In this document: one piece after another, positions 17,928 to 29,021 of the stretch
Position numbering within the stretch: position 1 is the first letter of the stretch
Layout of the letters: every line of letters begins with the position of its first letter
DNA from: an uncultured Microbacterium sp.
GTDB lineage: Bacteria; Actinomycetota; Actinomycetes; Actinomycetales; Microbacteriaceae
NCBI RefSeq assembly: GCF_947632095.1
Contig: NZ_CANROA010000003.1
Coordinates: forward strand, 11,340 to 75,339
Direction of reading: 5' to 3'
DNA: 64,000 nucleotides
Translations under genes and position numbers: made by a program
Notes under the pieces: generated by a model
Database searches by the model: none
What the model saw: the letters and a program-made list of their open reading frames with translations, nothing else
What the model was told of the DNA's origin: nothing

Positions 17928-19661
17928 TCAGCTGTTCACCCGGATGATCTCCTGCTGGTACGGGGCGATCACATCGCCGGAGATGCGCAGATCCAACAGC
18001 AGGAAGCGGCGTTGCGCCGGGTCCTCCGTACTCCAGGTGCCCAGGCGTTCGAGATCGGCGAGCGTGCGGACGACGACGCCCTCGGCGCCGACCGCCGCGG
18101 CGAGGGAGGCGAAATCGACCTCGGGGATGCGCATCGGCGCCTCGGCGAGGCCCTTGAGACCGTAGAGGTTCACCTCGGCGCCGTAGGCGGCGTCGTTCCA
18201 GATCACGGCGCAGCCGCGGCCGCGGGCTGTGCGCACCGCGGATTCGAGGTCGGCGATCGCCATCAGACCACCGCCATCACCGCTGGTGAGCACGATGGTC
18301 GAGTCGGGCTGTGCACGGCTCGCTCCCACGACGCTCGGCCAGCCGAGTCCGATCGCCTGGAACGCCGTGCCGACCATCATCACCCGATCGGGCGAGGCCA
18401 CCGGCCAGTACATGTTCGACCAGCCGAGGAAATGCCCGCCGTCGGAGACCACGTAGCGGTCGGCGGGCAGCAGCTCGCCGATGCGTCGGGCCGCCGAGCG
18501 GGGATCGAGACGGCCATCCGGGGCGAGGTCGTCGCCCGGCTCGTAGGTGCGCGCGGTCTCGATATCGACGCTCTCGCGCCACGCCGCGTGCATAACTCCG
18601 GAGGGACTGGCGGAAACCGGGGTCGCGGCATCCGAAAGCTGCGGGTTCTGCGGAAAATCTCCTGAGTTGTGCAAGGCGGAGGGCTGGGCGACCCGCTCCA
18701 CCAGTGCCTCCGCGACCAGCCGCGCGTCGCCGCGCACATAACCGCCCACATGCGGGTGGGTCGCGGCAGGGGCGACGTCGACCTGGAACACCGCGGTCCC
18801 CGGTGCGAACAGCTCGCCGAAGCGCATCGTGAACTGGTTCAGCGATGCTCCGAACACGACGGCCACATCGGCCTCGCGCACGGTGCTCATCGCCCCGTCG
18901 GCGCCGAACCCGCCCGTGACGCCGAGGTCGTAGGACGCGTTCGGGAAGATCCCTCGGCCCAGTGCGGTGGACGCGGTCAGCGCGCCCGTCGCCTCAGTCA
19001 GCTCTCCCAGCGCGGGCCCTGCACCGGCGAGCCACGCGCCGCGGCCGGCGAGCAGGAGCGGGCGCTGCGCCGAAGCGAGCGCTGCGGCGATCTCGTCGAG
19101 CATCCCCGACGCGAACTCGCCGTGAACGCCGAGCGGCTCGGGGGCGCGCGGGGCCGACACCGCAGGAACATCACCGGCGTCGACCGCGGCGACGTCGTAG
19201 GGGATTGCGAGCACCACGGGAAGGCGGTAGCTCAGCGCGTGCTCGATCGCGATGACGGTGGTCGCGGCGGCGTCCGTGCGCCCGACGGTGTAGGTTCGCG
19301 CCCCGACGGCCGAGGCGAGGGCGATCTGATCGACGTCCCAGGGGCGGGGCCCGGAGGTCGGCTCGTCGCCGACGATGAGCACGAGCGGTATGCGCGCCTG
19401 CACCGACTCGGCGAGGGCCGTGAGCGTGTTGGTGAAGCCGGCTCCGTAAGTGGCGGTTCCTGCGGCGATGCGGCCGGAGGCGCGGTAGTGGGCGTCGGCG
19501 GCGACGACGGCGCCCTGTTCGTGGCGCACCGCGGTGAAGGTCGCGGGGGTCTGACGTTCGAGGGCATCGAGGAAGTAGGCGTTGCCGTTGCCCATCACGC
19601 CGAAGACGGCGTCGATCTGCTGGGCGAGGGTGAGGGCGACGTGCGCGGAGACGGAGGGCAT
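17928..19661 (-). CDS. Thiamine-pyrophosphate-dependent enzyme (acetolactate synthase-like family)
   Basis: FGVMGNGN, VRHEQGA, GAGFTN, TPP motif SGDGGGLM...WND. Confidence 0.85.
   Translation of the reverse strand: MPSVSAHVALTLAQQIDAVFGVMGNGNAYFLDALERQTPATFTAVRHEQGAVVAADAHYRASGRIAAGTATYGAGFTNTLTALAESVQARIPLVLIVGDEPTSGPRPWDVDQIALASAVGARTYTVGRTDAAATTVIAIEHALSYRLPVVLAIPYDVAAVDAGDVPAVSAPRAPEPLGVHGEFASGMLDEIAAALASAQRPLLLAGRGAWLAGAGPALGELTEATGALTASTALGRGIFPNASYDLGVTGGFGADGAMSTVREADVAVVFGASLNQFTMRFGELFAPGTAVFQVDVAPAATHPHVGGYVRGDARLVAEALVERVAQPSALHNSGDFPQNPQLSDAATPVSASPSGVMHAAWRESVDIETARTYEPGDDLAPDGRLDPRSAARRIGELLPADRYVVSDGGHFLGWSNMYWPVASPDRVMMVGTAFQAIGLGWPSVVGASRAQPDSTIVLTSGDGGGLMAIADLESAVRTARGRGCAVIWNDAAYGAEVNLYGLKGLAEAPMRIPEVDFASLAAAVGAEGVVVRTLADLERLGTWSTEDPAQRRFLLLDLRISGDVIAPYQQEIIRVNS
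18589..18673. repeat. 85-bp palindromic element inserted in-frame in the TPP enzyme gene
   Basis: Terminal inverted repeats TGCATAACTCCGGAG / CTCCTGAGTTGTGCA (13/15); atypical codons; encodes about 28 aa (LHNSGDFPQNPQLSDAATPVSASPSGVM). Confidence 0.7.
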
Positions 19662-19870
19662 GGCTGAGCCTTTCGAGACGGTATCGGTCGATTCCGTATA
19701 TGTCTCGCGCGGTGCGTCATCGCGCCGGGGCTTCGTGTCCCTTTTTCGAACACCGGCGGGTAGCCGGACCTGACGATGCTATCGCGTTGACGGCCGCGGT
19801 CTCAGCATCCTCTATGCTGAGCGGGCTGTTGCTGTTTCGTCGAGCGATCACTCCACAGAGGGAACCACCC

Positions 19871-21136
19871 ATGCACTCTGCCCGGCTGTCCGCTGCTGTC
19901 CTTCTGTCTGTCGGTGCGCTGATCCTCAGCGGCTGCACCGTCGAGTCGGAACAGGCTGTTCCGACGCCGAGCGCCGATGCCGAGGTTCCGGCGGCGTATG
20001 AGGGTCCGCTGTCGTTCAGCTCCGCTGAGCTGGCGTGGTTGCTGCCGGACGCGGCGGATCTTTCGACGCTGCTTCCGGGAGCCGAGTCCTTCGTGGAGCC
20101 GAGTGATTTCCTCGAGGTGATCTCCGATGGCGGCGGAGCACCGTTCAGCCCTGCCATCTGCGAGGCGTTCGTCTATGAACCGACGATGGACGCGGTCGCT
20201 GCGCGCGCCGTGAGCTGGACGGGGCCGACCGACGAACCGTCCGGTCGCCTCGTTGCCATGCAGTATCCGAGTGAGAACCGTGCCCAGGAGATGTTCTCCG
20301 CTTTCCGTACCGCAGCGGAGAGCTGCGGAGAATTCGATGTCGACGGGCCGGCGGTCTTCGATCAGGTCGTCGATATCGCGGACGGCCAGGTGGATGCTGT
20401 CGCCGGTGTCCTGTGCGCACCGGCGGAGGACTGCGGCTGGTGGTCGTCGTTCGTCGCCTACGGAACGGTCGGCAACGCTTTCATCGTGCTTCAGCATCCG
20501 GCGACGACCGGCGATGGCCTCGACACTCGGGCGGTCACTGAATTGCTCGTCGAGACGATGCTCTCCGCGGAGGAGAGGCTGATCGGAGAGCTCACGGAGA
20601 ATCCGCCCGCGGAGGAGGAGGAGGACACTCCCGCCAGCGACGCCTCCGGTCCGTGGGGCGAGTGGACGATCACGCCTGAGGGCATCGGGCCGATCCGTCT
20701 CGGCGACACCGTCGAGGATGCGCTCGCCGCGGTTCCCGATGTCGTGGTCTCCACAGACATCCCCGGGGAATGGGCGTTGACCGCCGAGGATGGTGCCCGC
20801 GTCGTCCTGCGGTCGTCCGACGGCATCGCCGTGACCTCGGTGATGATCGGCGCCGAGAGCCTGTGGGGCGATGATGAGGTCGTGGATGGAGCGTTGCTCC
20901 CGTCGGTCGAAGGCATCCGCGTGGGGGATGCCTTGTCGACGGCGGTATCGGCGTTTCCGCAGGGCACCTTCGTGCATCTGATCGCGCCGGGCCAGAACCG
21001 TTATGTCGCGGCGGACCGTTCGGGCAGAACCGTCACCTTCTCCCTTGATCCGGCAACGGGAACGGAACCGGATTCGCGGATCGTGGGCATCATCCTCGGC
21101 GGCTCGGACGCGCTGGAGATGCCGGTCTTCGGGTGA
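19871..21136 (+). CDS. Putative lipoprotein of unknown function
   Basis: MHSARLSAAVLLSVGALILSGC signal peptide with lipobox; acidic, Cys-containing extracellular region. Confidence 0.75.
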   Translation: MHSARLSAAVLLSVGALILSGCTVESEQAVPTPSADAEVPAAYEGPLSFSSAELAWLLPDAADLSTLLPGAESFVEPSDFLEVISDGGGAPFSPAICEAFVYEPTMDAVAARAVSWTGPTDEPSGRLVAMQYPSENRAQEMFSAFRTAAESCGEFDVDGPAVFDQVVDIADGQVDAVAGVLCAPAEDCGWWSSFVAYGTVGNAFIVLQHPATTGDGLDTRAVTELLVETMLSAEERLIGELTENPPAEEEEDTPASDASGPWGEWTITPEGIGPIRLGDTVEDALAAVPDVVVSTDIPGEWALTAEDGARVVLRSSDGIAVTSVMIGAESLWGDDEVVDGALLPSVEGIRVGDALSTAVSAFPQGTFVHLIAPGQNRYVAADRSGRTVTFSLDPATGTEPDSRIVGIILGGSDALEMPVFG

Positions 21137-21142
21137 GGACGC

Positions 21143-21790
21143 TCAGCCGAAGCTGATCGTGAAGCCTGCAGCATCCGCGTCGATCCTCATGCCGGTGAGG
21201 TCGTCGACGTGGTGAGTCGGTGAGAATTTCGGGGCGTGCGGTCCGACGCCGATGACGGTCATGCCGGCGTCGAGGCCCGCCTGGATGCCGGCGCCGGAGT
21301 CCTCGAAGACCACGCAGTCGGCGGGGGCGACGTCGAGGATGGATGCTGCGAGCAGGAAGCCCTCGGGATGGGGCTTGCTGTTCGCCACCCGCTCGGCGGT
21401 GATCGCGAGTGCGGGGATGGTGAGGCCCGCTGCCCCCATGCGCGCGGTCATGAGGGCGAGGTTCGCCGAGGTGACGACGGCGTGCGGGAACGGGGCGAGG
21501 GACTGAAGGAATCGTGCGGCGCCGGCGATCTCGACGACCCCGTCGGTCTCGATGCTCTCGCGGTCGAGCATCTGCTCGTTCTCGACGATGTTGATCCCGT
21601 GGTCGCGGTCGGGGAGCAGCATCGCCATGCTCTGCCACCCCTGCCTGCCGTGCACGGTCTCGAGCACGGTGCGCCAGTCGAGGCCGTGGGGCTCCGCCCA
21701 TTCCCACCAGAGCCGTTCGACGATGGCCGTGGAGTCGACGAGAGTGCCGTCCATGTCGAGGAGCGCGGCGCGGGCGGTGATCGTGGTCAT
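21143..21790 (-). CDS. HAD-superfamily hydrolase (sugar-phosphatase YfbT-like)
   Basis: LLDMDGTLVDS motif I, VVTSA, SKPHPEGF, VVFEDSGAGIQAG. Confidence 0.92.
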   Translation of the reverse strand: MTTITARAALLDMDGTLVDSTAIVERLWWEWAEPHGLDWRTVLETVHGRQGWQSMAMLLPDRDHGINIVENEQMLDRESIETDGVVEIAGAARFLQSLAPFPHAVVTSANLALMTARMGAAGLTIPALAITAERVANSKPHPEGFLLAASILDVAPADCVVFEDSGAGIQAGLDAGMTVIGVGPHAPKFSPTHHVDDLTGMRIDADAAGFTISFG

Positions 21791-21919
21791 GCGGCCAGAG
21801 TATCCCGATCGGACCGGCCGTCGTCGGACGGGGTATCCTGGTCGCATCCCCCGATGTCCCACCCGGCAATCACGCGCCCGGACGATCTTCGGAGCGCGTT
21901 CTCACATGCAAGGAAGCTG

Positions 21920-23368
<1,449 letters not shown>

Positions 23369-23389
23369 TCGGGACGGATGCCGGGACTG

Positions 23390-23425
23390 CGCCGGTCCGC
23401 ACGGGGTTCTCCGTGCGGACCGGCG
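23390..23425. terminator. Bidirectional terminator-like hairpin
   Basis: CGCCGGTCCGCACGG / CCGTGCGGACCGGCG 15-bp stem between convergent genes. Confidence 0.75.
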
Positions 23426-23428
23426 TGC

Positions 23429-24871
23429 TCATTCGGAGGCGTGCTTCGCGAGGAAGGCGTAGACCTCGTTCTCGTCGACGCCGGGGAAGGACCCGCGGGG
23501 CAGGGGCGAGAACATGTGCGTGTGCACGCGGGCGCTCGGCCAGGCCTTGCCGGACCAGCGCTCGGCGAGAGCCACGGGAGGACGTCGGCAGCAGGCCTCG
23601 TCGGGGCAGGTCGACACGGCACGGTCGGAGGTCTCGCGCCCGCGCCACCAGCGGGCGTCATCGAAGGGCACGCCGACGGTCACGGAGTATTCGCCGTCGG
23701 TCGCGGATCCTGTCTGCGTGGCGCACCAGAACGTGCCCGAGGGGGTGTCGGTGTACTGGTGGCGCTCGGTGGTGCGGTTCTGCTGGGAGAAGGCGGCACG
23801 GGCCTGGAACTTTCGGCACACCGGCTGGCCTTCGACGGCCCCGGTGACGTCCATCGGCAGGGGCAGCCGGTCGTTCTCGTAGACGCGGGTGATCGCGCCG
23901 GTGTCATCCACGCGCAGGAAGTGCAGGCGCATGCCGAGGTGCTCGGTCAGGAGATTGGTCATGCGCATGCCTGCCGCTTCGTGGGTGACGCCGAAGGCGT
24001 CGCGGAAGTCCTCGACGGCGAGGTTGCGATCCTTCTTGGCCTGCTGGAGGAACGCGAGCCCGGCGGTCTCGGGGATGAGGCAGCAGGCTGCGAAGTAGTT
24101 GATCTCGAGGCGCTGCTGGAGGAAGTCGGCGTAATCGGTGGGAGGTGTGTGCCCGAGCAGCCGATGCGCCATCGCCTGCAGTGCCATGGAGCGCAGGCCG
24201 TGGCCTCCGGGGATGGATGCCGGCGGCAGATAGATGCGGCTGTTCTCGAGATCGGTGACGGAGCGGGCTGAATGGGGCAGGTCGTTGACGTAGATGAGCT
24301 CGAACCCGAGCTTCTCGGCCATGATGATCACCGTGCGGTGGGAGAGGGCGCCGGAGACATGACCGGCCGCCTTGAGCTGCTTCTCGGCGAGCTTCTCGAT
24401 TTCGCCGATGTAGTTGTTCTGCGCCCGCATGCGCAGGCGCAGCTCGGTGTTCGCCCGACGCGCCTCTTCGGGCGTCGCGATGGTCTCGCGCTCGCGGCGC
24501 TGCAGCTCGTGGTGGAGTCCCAGGATCGATTCGATGGTCTCATCGGGCATTCCCTTGGAGACGCGCACCGGTGCGATGCCGAGCTGGCGGAAGACGGGGC
24601 TGGCCTGTGCGCGGTCGAGTTCGATCTCCAGCGCGGCCCGGCGGTTCGGCGGTTCTCCGGAGATGAGGTCGGCGACCTCGGTGCCGGTCGCGTGCGCGAT
24701 CGCCTGGAGCAGGGAGAGCTTCGGCTCGCGCTTGCCGTTCTCGATGAGGCTCAGCTGGGATCCCGCGACGCCGACCTGCGCGCCGAGCTCATCGAGGGTG
24801 AGTCCGTGCTGCACGCGATGGTGACGGATGCGGTGGCCCAGAGTCGTCAGATGGATGCCGGAGCTGCTCAT
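23429..24871 (-). CDS. XRE-family regulator of RamB/PrpR/ScfR architecture (HTH + M78-like + C-terminal domain)
   Basis: N-terminal HTH (LTLDELGAQVGVAGSQLSLIENGKREP), LEINYFAACCLIPE, FGVTHEAAG, C-terminal Cys cluster CPDEACCRRP. Confidence 0.8.
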   Translation of the reverse strand: MSSSGIHLTTLGHRIRHHRVQHGLTLDELGAQVGVAGSQLSLIENGKREPKLSLLQAIAHATGTEVADLISGEPPNRRAALEIELDRAQASPVFRQLGIAPVRVSKGMPDETIESILGLHHELQRRERETIATPEEARRANTELRLRMRAQNNYIGEIEKLAEKQLKAAGHVSGALSHRTVIIMAEKLGFELIYVNDLPHSARSVTDLENSRIYLPPASIPGGHGLRSMALQAMAHRLLGHTPPTDYADFLQQRLEINYFAACCLIPETAGLAFLQQAKKDRNLAVEDFRDAFGVTHEAAGMRMTNLLTEHLGMRLHFLRVDDTGAITRVYENDRLPLPMDVTGAVEGQPVCRKFQARAAFSQQNRTTERHQYTDTPSGTFWCATQTGSATDGEYSVTVGVPFDDARWWRGRETSDRAVSTCPDEACCRRPPVALAERWSGKAWPSARVHTHMFSPLPRGSFPGVDENEVYAFLAKHASE

Positions 24872-24915
24872 TCTTTGAGCATAGTGAAAGAAACGTACTT
24901 TTTATAGGAATATTT
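24871..24915. promoter_or_regulatory. AT-rich divergent promoter region with candidate operator repeats
   Basis: TTCTTT-N10-AAAGAA (24871-24892); AT-rich tract continues toward near-palindromic TTTCGCGGAAA in an otherwise very GC-rich window. Confidence 0.35.
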
Positions 24916-24980
24916 CGCGGAAAGTCCTGCGGTGCGGTGCTCAGAATGGACACATCATCAAACTCTTCAAGGGAGCAGAC

Positions 24981-26846
24981 ATGGCTATGGCAGATACCTT
25001 CACCCCGCGTGTACCCGCCGTCTCCGCGGCGCGCACTCTCGGCGCCGCTCCGTCGTATGACACTCCCGCGATGGCGGAGCTCGTCGCCTGGGTCGAGGAG
25101 ATCCGCGAGCTCACCCAGCCGGCCGCCGTGCACTGGGTCGACGGTTCCGCCGCCGAGAACAACCGGCTGCTGGAGGGGCTCGTCGACGAGGGCAAGCTCA
25201 TCAAGCTCAACCCCGAGTGGCGCCCCGGCTCCTACCTCGCCCGCTCGCACCCGAGCGATGTCGCCCGCACCGAGGCGCGCACCTTCATCGCCTCCGAGGA
25301 GGAGGCGGATGCGGGACCCACGAACAACTGGGCCGATCCGAACGAGATGCACGGGAAGATGACGGAGATCTTCGCCGGATCCATGCGTGGGCGCACGATG
25401 TACGTCGTGCCGTTCTCGATGGGTGCCGTCGGCGGCCCGCTCTCCCACATCGGCGTGCAGATCACCGACAGCGCCTACGCCGTGGCATCCATCGGCATCA
25501 TGACCCGCGTCGGTGACGCCGTCACCCGGCAGATCGCCGAGGGCGCGCCCTGGGTCAAGACCGTCCACTCGGTCGGGGCGCCGCTGGAAGAGGGACAGGC
25601 CGACGTCGCCTGGCCCTGCAATGATGACAAGTACATCGTGCACTTCCCCGACACGCTCGAGGTCTACTCCTACGGCTCGGGTTACGGCGGCAACGCGATC
25701 CTCGCGAAGAAGTGCTTCGCGCTGCGCATCGCCTCGGTGATCGCACGCGACGAGGGCTGGCTCGCCGAGCACATGCTCCTCATCCGGGTCATCGACCCGA
25801 AGGGAACGGCGCACCACGTCGCCGCGGCCTTCCCCTCCGCCTGCGGGAAGACGAACCTGGCGATGCTGCGCCCGACCATCCCCGGGTGGAAGGTCGAGAC
25901 GCTCGGAGACGACATCGCCTGGCTGCGCCCGGGCGAGGACGGCCGCATGTGGGCGATCAACCCCGAGGCCGGCTTCTTCGGAGTCGCCCCCGGCACGGGG
26001 GAGTCGACGAACGTCACGGCGATCGAGACGCTGTGGGGCAACACGATCTTCACGAACGTCGCGCTGCGCCCTGACGGGGACGTCTGGTGGGAGGGGCTGA
26101 CCGACGCACCGCCGGCGAACCTCATCGACTGGGAGGGCAACGATTGGACGCCGGAGTCCGGACGCCCCGCCGCGCACCCGAACTCGCGCTTCACGGTCGC
26201 CGCTGCGCAGTGCCCGCAGATCTCCGAGGACTGGGAGGAGGCCGTTCCCCTCGACGTCATCCTGTTCGGCGGCCGCCGCGCCACGAACGTTCCGCTGGTC
26301 GTCGAGGCGACCGACTGGACCCACGGGGTCTTCCTCGGCTCGACGATCTCCTCGGAGCGCACCGCTGCGGCCGAGGGGACGCTGGGCGAGCTGCGCCGCG
26401 ACCCCTTCGCGATGCTGCCCTTCTGCGGTTACAACATGGGCGACTACTTCGCCCACTGGCTGAAGGTCGGTCGTGGCCTGCGCTTCGACCGTGCGCCGCG
26501 CATCTTCCAGGTGAACTGGTTCCGTCGCGGTTCCGACGGCCGGTTCCTCTGGCCCGGATTCGGCGACAACTCGCGCGTCATCGACTGGATCATCCGCCGC
26601 ATCAGCGGTGATGTCCCCGCCGTTGACAGCCCGATCGGCCGCCTGCCGCGCATCGCGGACCTCAACCTCGAGGGCCTCGACGTCGCGCAGGAGGATCTCG
26701 ACGAGCTCTTCTCCATCGACGCGGATGCCTGGCTGCAGGAGGCAGCCTCCACCGAGTCGTTCTACGACACCTTCGGCGACCGGATGCCCGCTGCTCTGCG
26801 ATCGGAGCTGTCGGCCCTGCGCTACCGCCTCGAGCACAGCTCGTAG
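24981..26846 (+). CDS. pckG: Phosphoenolpyruvate carboxykinase (GTP)
   Basis: [71 protein letters not shown]. Confidence 0.97.
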   Translation: MAMADTFTPRVPAVSAARTLGAAPSYDTPAMAELVAWVEEIRELTQPAAVHWVDGSAAENNRLLEGLVDEGKLIKLNPEWRPGSYLARSHPSDVARTEARTFIASEEEADAGPTNNWADPNEMHGKMTEIFAGSMRGRTMYVVPFSMGAVGGPLSHIGVQITDSAYAVASIGIMTRVGDAVTRQIAEGAPWVKTVHSVGAPLEEGQADVAWPCNDDKYIVHFPDTLEVYSYGSGYGGNAILAKKCFALRIASVIARDEGWLAEHMLLIRVIDPKGTAHHVAAAFPSACGKTNLAMLRPTIPGWKVETLGDDIAWLRPGEDGRMWAINPEAGFFGVAPGTGESTNVTAIETLWGNTIFTNVALRPDGDVWWEGLTDAPPANLIDWEGNDWTPESGRPAAHPNSRFTVAAAQCPQISEDWEEAVPLDVILFGGRRATNVPLVVEATDWTHGVFLGSTISSERTAAAEGTLGELRRDPFAMLPFCGYNMGDYFAHWLKVGRGLRFDRAPRIFQVNWFRRGSDGRFLWPGFGDNSRVIDWIIRRISGDVPAVDSPIGRLPRIADLNLEGLDVAQEDLDELFSIDADAWLQEAASTESFYDTFGDRMPAALRSELSALRYRLEHSS

Positions 26847-26952
26847 GCCCACCAGACCCGCGGCGGCGGGATGGCGGGGACATACCCATGGCTGAGTGGT
26901 CCCCGTCATCCTGTCGCCGCGTTATGAGCAGGCGCTTCGCGCCCGCATGACC

Positions 26953-27011
26953 GGACCTGTCCCGGTCGACTGATGTTTCGGGGGATTCGGTCAGTCGATC
27001 GGGGCAGGGCC
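26953..27011. repeat. Imperfect hairpin between convergent pckG and ABC genes
   Basis: GGACCTGTCCCGGTCGACTGA / TCAGTCGATCGGGGCAGGGCC (18/21). Confidence 0.6.
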
Positions 27012-27027
27012 CGAAAATCGGTGGATG

Positions 27028-28923
27028 CTACGCCAACAGCTGATGGCGGGCGAGATCCCGGTACAGCGGCGTCGATTCGATGAGTTCGGCGTGCGTGCCC
27101 TGCCCGACGACTTCACCGGCCTGCAGCACGATGATCAGGTCGCTGTCGATCACTGTCGACAGGCGGTGCGCGATGACCACGAGGGTGCGATCGATGGAGA
27201 CGGCATCGATCGCCTCGCGCATGCGCTGTTCGTTCACACCGTCGAGCGACGACGTCGATTCGTCGAGCAGCAGGATCGGCGCTGCGGTGAGCAGTGCGCG
27301 GGCGATGGCGAGCCTCTGGCGTTCGCCGCCCGAGAGCATGACGCCGTCCTCGCCCACGGGTGTTTCCAGGCCCAGCGGGCTGCGGTCGATCACATCGCCG
27401 AGGTTCACGGCGCGCAGCACGCGGTCGCAGTCGGCGTCCGTGGCTTCCGGCGACGCGAGACGCAGATTATCGGCGAGCGTTCCGGCGAGAGTCGGGGCAT
27501 CCTGCTCGACGTAGCCGAAGTTCGCACGCAGCTCGGCGCGGGGATACGTGCGGATGTCGTGGCCGTCGAGACGGATCGAGCCGCCGTTCGGGTCGTAGAA
27601 GCGCTCGATGAGCGAGAGGATCGTGCTCTTGCCGGCACCACTCGGGCCGACGATCGCCACCCGGGCACCCCGGGGCACCGCGAAGGAGACACCGCGCAGC
27701 ACATCGCGGGCCGTGTCGGGCTCGGCTTCGGCTGCAGCATCGGCGGCCCGCTCCAGATGAGCGTCGACGAGAACGGTGCGCGCTTCGGAGGCGGCCGCCT
27801 CGCGAGCGGCGACGACGGCCTCGGGGTAGCGGAAGCGCACATCGTGGAACGACAGCGCCGCGGCACCCGTCTCCTGTGCCGCGGCAGGCAGGGAGGCGGC
27901 GATCTCGGCGTCGTCCTGGTCCTCGGTCGGAAGATCCAGGATCTCCTGGATCCGGCCGAGGGCGCCGAGGGCCTGGCTGACCGAGGTGATCGCGCCGAAG
28001 GTCGTCGCCAGCGGCATGATCAGCATGAAGAGGAACAGCACGAACGTGATGAGCGAGGCGATCGACAGTGAACCGGCGGCGACGCGGAAGCCTCCCACAC
28101 CGAGCACCGCGAGCAGCGAGAGCTGCAGGGCGATGCCCGACAGCGGGACGACGAGCGCGGACGCCTGCGCGACGCGGACGCCGAGACCGTAGGCGTCCTT
28201 CGCGATCTCCGAGACGGCGGTCGTCTCGCGCTCGGTGGCGCCCGAGGCGCGCACGGTGCGGATCGATCCGACGGCCCGCTCGACCGCCGAGGACAGCTCG
28301 CCGACCTTCGTCTGCTGGGCAGCGGATGCGGTGCGGATGCGGCCCGCGAGCAGGATGACGCAGCCCAGCGAGACGCCGACGACCGCGACGATGATGACCA
28401 GCAGGATCGGGTCGATGATGAGCATCGCCACGAGAGCCCCGAGGAAGAGGATGGCACTGCCGACGGCATCCGCCAGGCCCTGGGTCAGCACCGCGTAGAG
28501 CAGCGTCGTATCGGTGCCGACGCGCGAGACGATGTCTCCCGTGCGGCGAGCGTCGAACTCGCGGATCGGCAGATGCAGGATGCGGGCGATGAGTCGGCGG
28601 CGGCTGGAGTGCACGACGGCGGTGCCGGTGCGCTGGAGCAGGTAGTGCTGATAGCCCGAGATGATCGACGACACGATCACGAAGGCGATCAGCAGCCACA
28701 CGAGGATCCCGAGCGGGGTCGAGGACTGCACGGCGGTGATGACCTGACCGACGAGAAGCGGCTGCGCGAGCGAGGTCGCGGCGCCGAGCACGCTGAGCAC
28801 GGCGACGACGATCAGCGTGCGTTTGTGCTCGAGGAGGAAGGGGAGGAGCTGACGGAACGTGGCGCGCGGACCATCCTGCGGTGCGCCGCGACCGCGTCGG
28901 CGAGCGGGCGCCGTGCGAGACAT
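27028..28923 (-). CDS. ABC exporter, fused permease/ATP-binding
   Basis: N-terminal TM domain; Walker A GPSGAGKST, signature LSGGERQR, Walker B LLLDEST, AHRL. Confidence 0.95.
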   Translation of the reverse strand: MSRTAPARRRGRGAPQDGPRATFRQLLPFLLEHKRTLIVVAVLSVLGAATSLAQPLLVGQVITAVQSSTPLGILVWLLIAFVIVSSIISGYQHYLLQRTGTAVVHSSRRRLIARILHLPIREFDARRTGDIVSRVGTDTTLLYAVLTQGLADAVGSAILFLGALVAMLIIDPILLVIIVAVVGVSLGCVILLAGRIRTASAAQQTKVGELSSAVERAVGSIRTVRASGATERETTAVSEIAKDAYGLGVRVAQASALVVPLSGIALQLSLLAVLGVGGFRVAAGSLSIASLITFVLFLFMLIMPLATTFGAITSVSQALGALGRIQEILDLPTEDQDDAEIAASLPAAAQETGAAALSFHDVRFRYPEAVVAAREAAASEARTVLVDAHLERAADAAAEAEPDTARDVLRGVSFAVPRGARVAIVGPSGAGKSTILSLIERFYDPNGGSIRLDGHDIRTYPRAELRANFGYVEQDAPTLAGTLADNLRLASPEATDADCDRVLRAVNLGDVIDRSPLGLETPVGEDGVMLSGGERQRLAIARALLTAAPILLLDESTSSLDGVNEQRMREAIDAVSIDRTLVVIAHRLSTVIDSDLIIVLQAGEVVGQGTHAELIESTPLYRDLARHQLLA

Positions 28924-29021
28924 ACGAGACCTCGTTGAAAGGAAGAAGGGTGTGCTCCCACCGTACTCGCTGACGGCTTTGAACCGGCTCGATTAGCCCT
29001 CCCGTGCGGCAGGATTGGGGC

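Noticed and set aside
19787-19818. TTGACG...TATGCT sigma-A promoter for the lipoprotein
   Set aside because: Spacer is 20 bp, too long for a canonical promoter
21236-21919. Apparent 230-aa N-terminal extension of GAPDH in the ORF track (also over-long starts for hpaD, glyA, ribBA, lipoprotein, MFS)
   Set aside because: Overlaps the divergent HAD gene or upstream genes; downstream ATGs with RBS or stop-start coupling give normal family lengths
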